From NCBI GenBank assembly GCA_951406725.2, contig OX597820.1:102610001-102674000 (forward strand): 64,000 nucleotides of DNA, in the 5' to 3' direction. Positions 1 to 13,303 of this stretch are shown piece by piece. This DNA is from Octopus vulgaris (lineage: Eukaryota). The position numbers were made by a program, and so were the translations under genes. How positions within the stretch are numbered: position 1 is the first letter of the stretch; each line of letters starts with the position of its first letter. The notes beneath the pieces are model-generated. The model made no database searches. It saw nothing but the letters and a program-made list of their open reading frames with translations, and was not told the origin of the DNA.

Positions 1-835
1 TTTACAAGCAGGGGAGATAATGTCAAATAAGTTTCGATTTTATCAAACCTCATCATTGAAGCATAGCCTTATCGCCACTTGCGACACTTAAATCTAAAAT
101 CTCTGCCAATCACCTACTCAGGCCGACGCAATCGATAAACCACGTACTTCACTAAATATTACTGGCCTCGCGACTTAAATTCGAAACAATTTCTATGATT
201 ACAATGCATTTCATAATTTAGTTTTGTTTAGAAGCCCGCAAAGGATCCGTGCACTTAAATGAACACCCACGTATATTACTTAATACAGTCAACTTTTCTT
301 CTTATCAAATTTAACTCAAACCTACATACAATAAAAGTATTAAATATAGTACGTAGTAAATGGAAGCAAAAAGCTATGAATAATTCAGAAATAAATATTT
401 TACAGTCTTTTTGGCATAAAGGAAATAGTATACGAAAGGAAATTTAAAGTAGGATTCTTGAATACTTTATTGAAGAGCTTCAAATATGAAAAAAAAAAAT
501 CCTCTTAAATATCAGTTATAAATTCTTTACGTTAGCCATTAATATCTACTAAGTTGGTAAGGAACTGGAACTTTATAATCGTCCATCAAAGTTCGGATCT
601 AAATTGAAATGACAGTTAGTCAACATTTATGCATACTACAAAAATCAGTGCTTATATGTGCGTGTACGTGTTTGTGTGTGTGTGTGTGTGTGTGTATGGC
701 GATATAAAACTACCTATTTTGTGTATAGTCATGGAAACTAAATGAGAATACATTTACTGGTAATGAATGTTTATATGTATATGTACATATGTACACACAC
801 ACATTTGTATATATACATGTATTTATATATACATA

Positions 836-914
<79 letters not shown>

Positions 915-925
915 ATTATATATAT

Positions 926-958
<33 letters not shown>

Positions 959-1243
959 CACACACACACACACACACAGACACACACATATATATATATA
1001 CACATTCTGTTGCAGCGTGGGAGATACATAACAACCAGTCAAAAGAATTTAAAGGAAACACAGTCTGTCTATTTCACTTCCACATTTATTATTCGCTTTC
1101 AAAGTGCTTCTCACACCGAACGCCACCTGGTCACTGACGTATGCTTCATGACGAGTAATATGTGACTTCCACGATATAATCGTTCTACTTTGAACGCACA
1201 AACTCATATCAAATCACTTGCTTGACAATTACACCACTAAACG

Positions 1244-1283
<40 letters not shown>

Positions 1284-1329
1284 GTGTGTATATATATGTA
1301 TGTATGTTTGTATATATTTATTATCTCGG

Positions 1330-1512
1330 TATGTTAAACCGTTACTCCCTACGCATTTTGCTCTCTCCATTTTCTTCCCTTCTCAATCCTTTCTACCGAA
1401 GAGCGTAGGCTCGAAACGTCAAAAACTTCCGTTCCTCCCGAGCGTTCAACTAATACACTTGCTTGCTGCTCTTTCACCTGTGTTTGTCTTTTGTTTTTCG
1501 TAAATTTGAACT
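1330..1512 (+). mobile_element. Short non-autonomous element with minimal hammerhead-like motif (family B; Penelope pLTR-like)
   Basis: TTT-CTACCGA-A-GAGC-GTAG-GCTC-GAAACGTC-AAAA at ~1389-1424; homologous to minus-strand copies at 49.5-49.7 kb and 56.2-56.4 kb; near (TA)n/(TATG)n. Confidence 0.65.
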
Positions 1513-1540
1513 GCATGCATGTATGTATGTATGTATACTC

Positions 1541-1931
1541 CTTACTCTCTTTTACTTGTTTCAGTCATTTGACTGTGGCTATGTTGGAGTACCGCCTCTA
1601 GTCGAGCAAATCTTTGTAAGCCTAGTACTTATTCTATCGGTCTCTTTTGCCGAACCGCTAAGTTACGGCGACGTAAACACACCAGCATCGGTTGTCAAGC
1701 GATGTTGGGGGCACAAACACAGACACACAAACATATACACACGCACACATATATATATACATATATACGACGGGTTTCTTTCAGTTTCCGTCTACCAAAT
1801 CCACTCACAAGGCTTTGGTTGACCCGAGGCTATAGTAGAAGACACTTGCCCAATATGCCACGCAGTGGGACTGAACCCGGAACCATGTGGTTGGTAAACA
1901 AGCTACTTACCACACAGCCACTCCTACGCCT
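1541..1931 (-). mobile_element. tRNA-derived SINE family A, near full length
   Basis: Minus-strand head with A box TGGCTGTGTGG and B box GGTTCAGTCCC, CORE-like GGGCAAGTGTCTT segment, internal CA/TA microsatellite, AAGAG-type tail; highly similar to 8561-8959 and 57733-58160. Confidence 0.9.
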
Positions 1932-2335
1932 AGGAGTATGTATGTATAAGAAAAAACTAATGTCTGTCTCCATTTAGTTCCTCTCTTTTCTTTTCTTTCT
2001 GTGTGCATATGTACATTTTATATGAGTGCATGCTGTGCAAGTGCTTGCGTGTGTGTATACGTGTGTGTATGTAAACGTTCATATACGTGTGTGTATGAGT
2101 GTGTGTGTGTGTGCGTGTCTGTATATTTCCTGTCTTATGCGAGCGTTTTGTTGAGTGTAAGCGAATGCGTATATATGCATATAATTTTTCTGCTTTTTCT
2201 ACTCCTTTACCTACCAAATCTTTTGGGCAAACTTTCTTATATATATCAGCAATGACTTTCTCACTGGTAATACTTACCCTGTATATTGCAAAAATGTAAG
2301 TCTTTTTCTTCCCAAATAAATTGTAATTCATATTT

Positions 2336-2418
2336 GAGGCTCCGATGAAGCTATAAGATGTTATTCAGGCGCTCAACTAAGAATCTTCTGCATCGTATAG
2401 CAGAAACAGCTGTAAGGT
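2336..2418 (+). ncRNA. Degenerate Penelope-type hammerhead ribozyme motif
   Basis: CCGATGA-A-GCTATA...TATAGC-A-GAAAC-AGCT-GTA: stem II, palindromic stem III ACAGCTGT and a GUA site; U4C change in the core and weak stem I. Confidence 0.5.
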
Positions 2419-2597
2419 AACAAAGTTCATAACAACTATTGTTTTTCTCGTGTCATCTCTTTTCTTATAACCGCTGTATAGTCAAAGTCATCTAACACTT
2501 TGTTCTGAAACACACCTATATTGAGTTCTACACCAGGTTATTATTATTATCCTCCTCCTCCTCCTCCTCACTATTATTATTATTATTGTTGTTGTTG

Positions 2598-2644
<47 letters not shown>

Positions 2645-3640
2645 GCACATACATATGTGTTTGTGTATATATATATATAGACATAAATACATACAGATAG
2701 ATATACATATGCTCCCTTTCCAGATGTACATACTGACATCAACAATTATATATAAGAATAATTAACAAAGGAAAACGAGTAATTTAATTAGTTCACTAAT
2801 TAAATTAAATAATTAAATAAGTAAACGTTATTTGTTATTTATTTTTAGAATACACGTATGTATGTTTGCATTTTTGAGCGCACGCATAGCTAGACATTTG
2901 TGAGTATATGTATGTATGTATGTATATGTGTGAGTCTGTATGCGAGTGTGTGTGCATACGTAGGCGTTTAAAATAGTTTTAGCTCCATATATGTAGCCAA
3001 ATTATAGCTGTACATAAAGACCTATTCATTGAGCTACGGGTCTTGGATTCAATTTTACTGTTATGGCATCTTGAGACAGTGTCTTCGACAGGAGATCCAA
3101 AAGTGTGGTACCTATTCTAGCGATCTTTTAAAACATTTTTGCCGAACCGCTACGTTATGGGGATGTAAAGAAACGGACACCGGCTGTAAAGTAGTAGGTA
3201 GGACAAACATAATTAAGAACATTCACATTGAACATATGTTAAAAGTAGTCACGTAACAGTAATTATGAGTAGATTCCTTGATTTCCACGGGTTATTAGTA
3301 TCCTTTACGCTGGCACACCATGGCACAACTTTGTTTCTTCAGCGGAAAAATGTTCTAGAAAGTTGTACACAGTCTTCTAAAGGTATCTTTAATTATAATA
3401 ACATAAAATCTAATGTCTTACGTTAACTTTCTAATAAATGTCCTCGTACCAGGCTTTCGCTCTGTGAAGGAAGTACATTTACATTTTCCTCTATTGATGC
3501 TCGGATACAGTATTCTCTACAGTGAGACTAACCTTTTTATTAACCTGCTCCTCACGGCAAGCGAGACGTTTGAGGTTAATTACATGAGGTTAAATTTAGT
3601 TTTAAATTGCACACACACACACACACACACATACACACAG

Positions 3641-3772
3641 TTCTTTCCCAACCACATGGTTCGGATTCAGTCACACTGTGTGGAACCTTGGGTTAGTGTC
3701 TTCCAATATAACTTTGGTCCGACCAAATCCTTGTGAGTGGATTTGGTAGACGGAAACTAAAAGGAGCCCGTG
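3641..3772 (+). mobile_element. SINE family A, 5' fragment
   Basis: CCAACCACATGGTTCGGATTCAGTC...CCTTGTGAGTGGATTTGGTAGACGGAAACT matches the family A head. Confidence 0.8.
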
Positions 3773-3871
3773 GCATGTATGTATGTATGTATGTATGTAT
3801 GTATGTATGTATGTATGTATGTATGTATGTATGTATGTATGTGTGTGTGTATGTATGTATGTAAAGATATA

Positions 3872-4558
3872 TACTTCTAATATAAGAAGAAGATTTTATT
3901 AAAACGTTTTATCAATGGCAAGTATATGAAAAATGCTTTTTAAGGTGAAAATTATAAATGCAATTATAAATTAGAGCAAAAAGAAGAAAACTTTCTTTGT
4001 CAATATGCTGAAAAATAGACGGCAAAGACATTTTTTTTTCTTTTTGCCCTTATTTCTAACTGTATTTATAATTTTCACCTTAAAAGGTATATTTCATATG
4101 CTAGCCACTGATAAAATTTTTAAATAAAATTTCGTCTTTATATTAGAAGTAAATTAATTATCATTTACTTTGGGACGGGTTAACCACTTGTGTGCATTTC
4201 CTGACCGACTTATGTCGAGGCTTGCTACGGAATTTCTACTTGGATATATTTGGGGTACTTAAATGTATTCATGATTTTGCATCTGCTTTTCCGTTGTTAT
4301 GTCTAAATATTTCATTTATTTTCATCTTGTGCTCCTCACTGACGAAGGAAGAATCCTTTTGGGATTGATTCAGAAATCGGAACCGATCCGGGGATAACTA
4401 AATTTTTTATGAATTTCTATTAGTTTTCTTTCTTCGTTTCGGCACGTGGAGTAATAATAGAAGTGAAAATACTGTATGTGGTTTGATGATTTAGCGTCTA
4501 TTTTTCAGCATATTGGCAAAAAAAAAATTCTTTTTGCCCTAATTTATAATTATAGGCA
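3872..4558. repeat. Complex inverted-repeat element (Penelope pLTR-like)
   Basis: ~3872-3985 is the inverted counterpart of ~4035-4151; 3960-4021 recurs inverted at 4496-4558; degenerate CTGACGA at 4339. Confidence 0.7.
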
Positions 4559-4649
4559 TATATATATATGTGTGTGAGTGTGTGTGTGTAAAAGAGAGAG
4601 AGAGAGAGTGAGAGAGAGAGAGAGAGAGAGTATGTGTCTTTGTATTGGT

Positions 4650-4860
4650 GTTTTTCTGGTTGTCCCACCCCCACTACTTGACAACCGGCATTAGTGTGCT
4701 TACGTCCTCGTAACGTAGCGGTTCGGCCAAAGCGTACGATGGAATAAATACTAGACTTAAAAAAGCTCAGTAATAAGGTAGACACACTCCACTGAAGATT
4801 CCTCAAGAAGATGCCCCAGCATGGCCGCAGTATAATCACTGAAACTAATAAAAGAAAAGA
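4650..4860 (+). mobile_element. SINE family A, 3' half
   Basis: CTTGACAACCGG...GCGGTTCGGC...CCAGCATGGCCGCAG...ACTGAAAC...AAAAG. Confidence 0.8.
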
Positions 4861-4964
4861 TATATATACATATATACATATATACTGACATATATGTATG
4901 TATGTATACATACATGCATACGTATATATACATATATACATACGATGATGGTTTCTGTGTATAT

Positions 4965-5388
4965 ATCTTTTATCGATTACTTGTTTCAGTCATTGGAATG
5001 CAGCCATGCTGTGGCATTGCCTTGAGTGGTTCAATCAAGCAAGTCGACTTCAATATTTATTGATTTTAAGTCTTGTTTTTTATTTTACCCGTCCACCTGA
5101 CAGAAATGCAAATTTACGTGGAAGTAAAGAACCCAACACCGGTTAACAAACATAGTTAGAGACAAACAACACGCGTACTCACGCACACACACACACGTAC
5201 ATGTACACACGCATACACACACACTCATATACATATATACGACAGTTTATATACGACGTTTAGTTTCCGTCTACCAAATCCACGCAAAAGCATCTGGTCA
5301 GCCCATAGTTATCATAGGAGACTCTTGCCTAGGACTGAACCTGAAACCATGTAGCTGTGAAGCAAAGTTCTTACCACACATCCATGCT
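4965..5388 (-). mobile_element. SINE family A, diverged
   Basis: TACTTGTTTCAGTCATT...GTTTCCGTCTACCAAATCC...GGACTGAACC...CTTACCACAC. Confidence 0.75.
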
Positions 5389-5475
5389 TTATATATTAGC
5401 GTATGTATTCGTGTTTAGTAATATATCTATTATAGTAGGCTATACCAGATTTAATACTAATTACTAGGCCATGTC

Positions 5476-5765
5476 AGGGCACATGTGGGCATGGTATTGC
5501 ACTCGCAATCACGAAATCGTGGTTTCATTTCCTAGATCGGAAGTTGTGTTGTGTTCTTGAACAAACGACTTCATCTCACACTGCCCTTAGGTCTGTTCGA
5601 TACCTGACGTGTGGCACACTTTGCACTCGTTAGGCAACGTCAATTTGCTTAAGAGAGACAACTAATGTGCAGCACGTACATTTGATCTCTCTAAACAAAT
5701 CATTAGTGCAGGTCGTTCCGCAAAACCTGAACAATTATACGTCCTCTTCGACGGAAGATACCATC
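5476..5765 (+). mobile_element. Diverged tRNA-derived SINE (head related to 14771 copy)
   Basis: Decayed tRNA-like head followed by TTGTGTTCTTGAACAAACGACTT, shared with 14771-15095. Confidence 0.5.
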
Positions 5766-5778
5766 ATAGTTCCTGTAC

Positions 5779-5809
<31 letters not shown>

Positions 5810-5836
5810 TATATGTTAATATGCCTACATACAAAT

Positions 5837-6035
5837 AGGTAGCGAGCTGGCATAATCCTTAACACGCTGGGAAAAAATACATAGCGGCATTTTGTCCGTG
5901 TTTAAGTTCTGAGTTCACACGCTGTCGAGGGCGACTTTGCCTCTCATCATTCCGGGGTTGATAAAATAAGTACCAGTTGAGTACTGGGATCGATGTACTC
6001 GAAATTGTTAACCGTTTTGCTAAAATTTGGAACCA
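5837..6035 (+). mobile_element. SINE family D
   Basis: GCGAGCTGGCA head, TTCTGAGTTCA B-box-like motif, GACTTTGCCTCTCATCATTCCGGGGTTGATAAAATAAGTACCAG central domain (Meta/MESC-like). Confidence 0.8.
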
Positions 6036-6042
6036 ATATATG

Positions 6043-6113
<71 letters not shown>

Positions 6114-6129
6114 GTCTGTCTGTCTGTCT

Positions 6130-6162
<33 letters not shown>

Positions 6163-6555
6163 ACACATACATATGTATATGCACGTGTAAGCGTATGTTG
6201 TAGCTTAGAGACGATGTAATACTTTATTCAATATTGCTCTTTATTCAGAATTTCAACGAAATTGTCACTTAACGCAGAAATAAATTAACATTCAGAATAT
6301 TGTATTAGAAATGAAAAAAACATTCTGGTTTATAAAAAATATAGTGTTTCACTTGGGTATGAACCATTGAGCGTGACATTTATGTAAACACCTAATTGGG
6401 TAAGTCATTTAACTAAATCTCGTGGGTGGTAATCAATTTTATAAAATTTCTTTTAAATCTAGCTTTAAATTTCATTTTCTAAATGGCGTCTTCATAGTTA
6501 AATTATAATAAGTATTGCTAAGAAATAATATCTTATGATCAAATCAAATATAATT

Positions 6556-6771
6556 AATCCTTTCTACTAAAGGTACAAGGCCTGACACTTTGGGCAAGGG
6601 CTAAATTGATTACATCGATCCCAATGCTCAACTGGTACTTATTTAATCGACTCCGAAAAAATGAAAGGCAAAGTCAACTGCGGCAGAATTTGAACTCAGA
6701 TTTTAAAGACGGAGAAAATGCCGCTAAGCATTTTGCCCAACGTGATAACGATTCTGACAGCTCACCACCTT
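6556..6771 (-). mobile_element. SINE family D
   Basis: Reverse complement of family D (CTGGTACTTATTTAATCGAC...GAAAGGCAAAGTC...TTTGAACTCAGA...AGCTCACCACCT). Confidence 0.85.
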
Positions 6772-7475
6772 TGTAAATATAATTAAATATAATTAAATAT
6801 AATTGAAAATGGTAAATATAATAATAAAGCTTATTATGTCTTTGCAGGGTCATTACGCCAATAATAATGTGCTAGTTAAACAATCAATCGGTTGATTGTT
6901 ATCCAAAGTTCTTTCGTTGCCATTCGCAACCTCATCAATTACTTGCCCATTAAACAAATGCAAATGCTAATTTAGTTAGCAGATTTGTCATCCTGATGTT
7001 TAATGATGACTTTATGTTTAAAGGATTCATAAAGAAAGCAACTGGCACTTCTCTGTGAGTGGACAATACGAGATCAATTCCATTATCTTTCAGCTTCGTA
7101 GGTAGAAGTTTGGGTGTTTGACCGATTGCACCAATAATAAAAAAATCAATTTTCACGCTCGTGTTTTACAATAAAATGATCTCTCTGCCAAATTCCCGAT
7201 ACTTCTAAATCTTTCCTGTATTTCTTCAATAACCACAGTTCTATCGTGTGGTATGGTACTGTTAGCGATCTTACAATGTTTGTAATTTCTTTTTTCCATC
7301 ATAACATTCTCCTTGTTATGATAATGCAGATCAGTTTCTATAAAGAAATCCTATAAAATCCACTAGCTGTTTACCATCACAACCTCTGGCTTGTCTTCAT
7401 ACTCTTTTTCAGTTACTTCCAATCCATAAACATGCCATTGCACTCTTGTAGCCACATTCATGACTTCCTCCTTTA

Positions 7476-7595
7476 AGGCAGCGAGCTGGCAGGAACGTCA
7501 CGCACTGGGGTCGATGTAATCGACTCAATCCCTTGTCTGTCTTTGTTTGTCCTCTCTATGTTTAACCCCCCGTGGGCAATAAAGAAATAAATATT
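7476..7595 (+). mobile_element. SINE family D, internally deleted
   Basis: AAGGCAGCGAGCTGGCAGGAACGT joined directly to CGCACTGGGGTCGATGTAATCGAC and the tail. Confidence 0.7.
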
Positions 7596-7892
7596 CTTAT
7601 TGTCCTAGATTAATTCACTCACTGACAAGATGATTAATACTTTCGCCCCTTTTTTCATCCACTCTGAGTTTGTTGTATGACTATGTTTTCTCAATATTTT
7701 CTGTATCAAATTCATATAGACTGTTCCTGGGAAGCTATAACTATTAATTCAGTTTCTCGATTCATGTTTCTATCTTTCAATGTCCTTCACTTCCTACATC
7801 CTACTTCATTTCCCAGCGACTTGTTTTGTCGCTATTTCTACTTGTTTCCAGCTGCAGAATCTTGCCTTTCCTTACTATACTGCATATTTCTT

Positions 7893-7893
7893 C

Positions 7894-7956
<63 letters not shown>

Positions 7957-7977
7957 TACAATTACTATTACTATTAC

Positions 7978-8038
<61 letters not shown>

Positions 8039-8098
8039 GTTATTATTGTTATTGTTGTTGTTGTTGCTGCTGCTGCTGCTGCTGTTGTTGTTGTTGTT
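7893..8098. repeat. Compound (ATT)n/(GTT)n/(GCT)n microsatellite
   Basis: Seen directly; accounts for the poly-L/Y/I ORFs. Confidence 0.95.
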
Positions 8099-8321
8099 TC
8101 TATAATCTTCAATATCTTCTTATTTCCTATAATTCCAATATGAAATTTTGAATTTTCTTATTTTAGCACTGTTTGAAAATCTGATCACGATGAAATTTCG
8201 ATGCAGAAATCATCTCCAATATTGAATAAATTGCAGATTTAACTTTCAGTATTCACTTACATTTTCACTCGATGTATGTGTTTGCAAGTGTTAATTCGAT
8301 GAAATGCTTAATATACACGAA

Positions 8322-8428
<107 letters not shown>

Positions 8429-8431
8429 TTA

Positions 8432-8514
<83 letters not shown>

Positions 8515-8560
8515 ACCTATTTGTATTTCCCTTTCTCTGTCTTTCTTCTTCCCTCTGTAT

Positions 8561-8756
8561 ACTCTTTACTCTTTTACTCTTTTACTTGTTTCAGTCATTT
8601 GACTGCGGCCATGCTGGAGCACCGCCTTTAGTCGAGCAAATCGACCCCAGGACTTATTCTTTGTAAGCCTAGTATTTATTCTATCGGTCTCTTTTGCCGA
8701 ACCGCTAAGTTACGGAATCGCAATCACACCAGCATCGGTTGGGGGGACAAGCACAG

Positions 8757-8787
<31 letters not shown>

Positions 8788-8959
8788 CATATATACGACG
8801 GGCTTCTTTCAGTTTCCGTCTACCAAATCCACTCACAAGGCTTTGGTCGACCCGAGGCTATAGTAGAAGACACTTGCCCAAGGTGCCACACAGTGGGACT
8901 GAACCCAGAACCATGTGGTCGGTAAGCAAGCTACTTACCACACAGCCATTCCTGCGCCT
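8561..8959 (-). mobile_element. SINE family A, full length
   Basis: Complete tRNA head, body and (AAGAGTA)-like tail on the minus strand. Confidence 0.92.
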
Positions 8960-10134
8960 ATCTCTGTAACTTATACATAAAACAAGTGATTACCTTACCA
9001 TCAAAGAGAGATCTGTCAGTGTAAACAAAGTGCAAGAAATGTTACGCAAGGCTTTACACATTTAAGAACCCATAGTAAAGTTAACAAAACTAAAAGCACA
9101 TCCAAACAAGCTTTACCAAACATAGACGGTCATTTCCAAAGGTTAAGTGGATTAGGGATTATGGGTAAACATGTCTTAGCATGAAGACTGAAAATTATAA
9201 CATCTTTTATCAGATCTGTATAGCTCTGAACAGTGGTGAATCTTAAAAAATGACATCAAGAGATAATAAATACTTTCTCAAAGTATCACAAAACTGATTC
9301 TTAAAATAAAAAAACCTGGTTCAGGTGACTTGAACTGGGTACAAACGTTGGTAATAAGATGGACATCACCCAAAACTTAAAAGGTTCTACAACTCAGGAA
9401 AAGCTAAGAGAAAAGGATTTAATAAAGTGGAAGACAGAGAGAGTAGTTAAGGACTGAGCTGAATATTGTCAAAACATTTGAAACGAGGCCTTAATTTCCA
9501 GAGTATATATGTATGTGTTTGTAAGTACGTACTTATGTATGTAGTGTATATATATGTATGTATGCATATATTCCTCTCTTCCTCTCTCACTCTAGCTATT
9601 TTTATCTCTATTAAAATGACACAGTTTTAATATTACTTTAGCAATCTCATCCAGCCATGCATTACTCTACTATTTTATCCATTTGTTATTTTGCAATTTC
9701 ATTTCTGAAGTAACAACACCTTTATACACTTGCTCTGGAAATATCAAAATGAGCCAGTGCTCGCGGTCATTCAATTCCATGAACACGCTTTTACAAATTT
9801 CCCTTCATACTTTTTGAAAATGTATAAAAGATAAAGATCACTTCTTGCCCACAACTCTGTGTTTCATAGCAGTCAAATTGTTCGTCAGATGCATAATTTC
9901 TGAAGAATCATAATTCAAATAAAAGCTAATGAATAGTGTTCAGTATCGACGGTGAATTGCTGTAAACTGTCAGTTATATTGAACGATAATCCAGATGTTT
10001 GTAACGCATTGCCAATGATATTGAGCACTGTTGAAACAGCGTTATTTGGTGATTAATCGGTTTTAGTTGAAAATCCATCAGGAAACTTGAATCATTCTAA
10101 GGTGGTCTTTACCATACGTTTTAATCGATCTTGC

Positions 10135-10320
10135 ATCTTTCATTCGTTTCAGTCATTAGACCATGGCCATGCTGGGGCATCGTCTTGAACAACTTTTAGT
10201 CGAATGAATCGACTCTAACACTTATTCTACCGTTCTCCTTTTGCCGAACCGCTAAGTTACGGGGACGTAAACACACCAAAATCGGTTGTCAAGCGGTAGG
10301 CGACAAATGCAGGTACAAAG
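10135..10320 (-). mobile_element. SINE family A, 3' half
   Basis: GTTTCAGTCATT...GCCGAACCGCTAAGTTACGGGGACGTAAACACACC...GTTGTCAAGCG. Confidence 0.8.
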
Positions 10321-10384
<64 letters not shown>

Positions 10385-10632
10385 CATACTATAGTGGGCA
10401 TTATGTTCGTTTGTCCGTCTTTTTGTATGTTCCATCTTCATGGTCAAACGGCTGGACCAATGATTACGATATTTTTCTGAAATACAAAGACGGTCGTCAG
10501 GAGGGTTTTAGCATTAAAAAATCAGAAAGTATGATAATTTCGTTAATATTGATTTTTGAATTCATAAACCACCTTCGCATTTTTACTAAAAATTCACCGA
10601 CCCCGAGTAATTCTGGTCTTTCATCATATAGT
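10385..10632 (+). mobile_element. Degenerate non-autonomous Helitron-like element
   Basis: 5' TCATACTATAG then GTTCGTTTGTCCGTC and AAACGGCTGGACCAAT; 3' CCCGAGTAATTCTGG hairpin remnant and TAGT; layout like 40911-41310. Confidence 0.45.
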
Positions 10633-11264
10633 TTGTGGCCCCATAGTAGATACGGAAGGGATCACGAGGACGGTTAATAAAGAAAAGAAAATGAAAAAAG
10701 TGTGGCAGTATATAGTATGTGTCAATATTTAGCGGTTATTGAAGTGTGTCAGTCTCGAGCAGGATTTGAAACGTCTAATCGAAGCGGCTGTTGATTACAC
10801 CTCAGTTTTGTCAATCAAAGTAACCCATGGTACCAGAACATCTAGACGTTATTCGCACAGAGCAGAGAGAGGTAAGTCTTAGTTTGATTTTGTGCAACCC
10901 TAAAGATCCCGCTTGCACAGAGCCAGACTTTAGATCGTGTAGGTGTATTTTTACCCAATCCGATGTTTACACATGGCCAGTTATACATTACTATGAGTAG
11001 AGCAACGGACTCCAGTAATTTGAAAATTAGTGTCGACCAAACAGAATATATTGTCTACAAAGAAGTTTTGTAATCATATTGATATTATCGAAAGCAATAT
11101 GATTCATAACTTAAATACCGAAGTTTGTGAACTGTGAATGTAATGTATAAGAGTATAAACAAGCGTAAAATACGGTAAACAACTAAAATAAAAGTATATC
11201 TAAATAACATTTTTTCTTAATATTTTTTATGTAGATATCGAAGAAAGCTTGGCTTTTGTTAGGA

Positions 11265-11481
11265 GTGGTCAGCAAAACCATTCATCATATAGAAACATGA
11301 AAACACAAAGAGAAAACATAACAACGCGAGGACGTGGAACAAGTAAAGTGCTACAGGACGCTCAGGAAAGGAAAGAAAGAAGGAGGATTTAACGTTTCGA
11401 GCGGAGGTCTTCGTTAGAAACAGGAAAAGATCCAAGGAAAGGAAGACGGAGGAAATAAAATCGCCAACGAGACACACGCAG

Positions 11482-11483
<2 letters not shown>
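11265..11483 (-). mobile_element. Short hammerhead-bearing element (family C)
   Basis: Homologous to 39245-39515; minus strand GTTT-CTAACGA-A-GACCTCCGCTC-GAAACGTT-AAAT; abuts (TA)n. Confidence 0.7.
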
Positions 11484-11518
<35 letters not shown>

Positions 11519-11784
11519 AATAATAGAAGGGTAAAACTTAACAATTAAATTAATCAATTAATTAACAATTTTACCAAGTAGATCGGTACGTTAAAATAAC
11601 CTTTATAGGTAAAATTATCCACATAATTATAATTAGGACTCAGCTAACTGCTTCACCACATACCGAAATTAGAAAAATGAGTTAAAAATTCCTTTTCTAC
11701 TTCTATAAGAATCTCCATGACGGTAAACATACTTTTTTACGTAGGCAAAGAGAAAAACAATGAATCAACACGACCAGGATTAAT

Positions 11785-11845
11785 TTTATACGCGTTTCGA
11801 GATTAAAGTAATATAAATTTTACTTACTTCTCTCTTCAGTATATT
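11785..11845 (-). ncRNA. Penelope-type hammerhead ribozyme motif with canonical core
   Basis: Minus strand CTGAAGA-GAGA...TCTC-GAAAC-GC-GTA: canonical core, stem II closed by GAGA/TCTC, palindromic stem III ACGCGT, GUA site; stem I only partial. Confidence 0.6.
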
Positions 11846-13178
11846 TCCAATCTTTATAAAATTTGAAAGTGCTAGGACTGAATATGCACACAATCGAGCG
11901 TCATCATGTATGTAAGCGGGAGATGGAAAGAGATAGACACAGAGAGAGGAGGAGGTGAAGGTCTTTATTATTCTACATTTGTGTGTTTAAATCGCAGACA
12001 TAGTCGAAATGTTTAACAGTAAAACAATATCAGGGGAATTTATAAATTCATGCAGAGTAGACAGAAACAGAAGCGGATGCAGATATAAGAGTTAATTAGC
12101 TAGATAGATAGATAGGTACATAGCTGAGTCTACATATATATATCAATAGATATGCAGATAGGGAAAATATTTTAATAGATATACAAGTAGATATGTAGCT
12201 GAACTGAGCTGAAATAAAAAGAAATGAAAATAAGGTCAATTGGTAAATACCTTTGAGCCTAGAGGGTGGTTGTACAAGGGAAGGTGAAGCTTTTTATTTA
12301 TACGAATTAGTTTTATCATTTGGATGCATCTTTTATTTTCCTAAACTATAAAGTTCATCATTTCTATCAAACATATCAAAAGAAGGAAAAGAAGCAATGC
12401 CTTCTAAGTTCATTTCGATTATGTTTGGAAGTAGAGTTTTTATTAAATGGAGAGATGTCAAAAGAACTTTTTGAAATTCCTTACTTGTGTTTTATATAAT
12501 AGCACGATGTTTTCAAATATGCTGATTTAAACTGTGGATTTTCCACAAGTCTTGCTACGATATATAGACTATCAGTTAAGTTGGATATAAAGATTAGATT
12601 TTGGTATTAATACCGCTTCTTTTACTAATAATTTCTACTAAACTCTCTGGCTATTTGTGACATCATTGTCTGAGAAGATGCCCATACACTATGTATGACA
12701 GCAGTGAGATTTGACTGGCAATCGGTGACCGATGCTGAGCTCTGATGAGGAGCAATAGACTGAAATCTCGTCATATAGGAATTCCGGCGCCCGTGACAGG
12801 ATTTCATCTACTACGATCTATGTGTGTGCTTCTAAGCATGAAGCAACCATATGAGGGGACTTTCTAGGCTAATAACGCAATATTCAGTGATCTAACAAGG
12901 CATCATGTTAAGATGGATATAAAGATACACACACACACAGACACACACACACACACACACACAAACGCACACACACACGCGCGCGCGCACACACACACAC
13001 ATACATATATATGAGAGGTATTGGTATCCAGAAGACACAAGGTAGCAGGTAACTGCCCCTCTCTCTCTGTATATGTATATATATATATATATGTATGTAT
13101 GCATTTTTCTTATTTTTTCTTATGTTATCTAGTTTCAGCTCACGAGCTGTGTCCATGCTGGGGCACCATATATATATA

Positions 13179-13303
<125 letters not shown>

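Noticed and set aside
6900-7460. Possible LINE endonuclease remnant (KIDFFII)
   Set aside because: Only a weak single-motif resemblance.
9700-10130. Minus-strand KFPDGFS resembling a DNA-transposase motif
   Set aside because: Single short motif among stops; not enough to call.
12735-12780. CTGATGAG...TGAAAT...GTC hammerhead-like string
   Set aside because: No credible stem II or stem I; could be chance.
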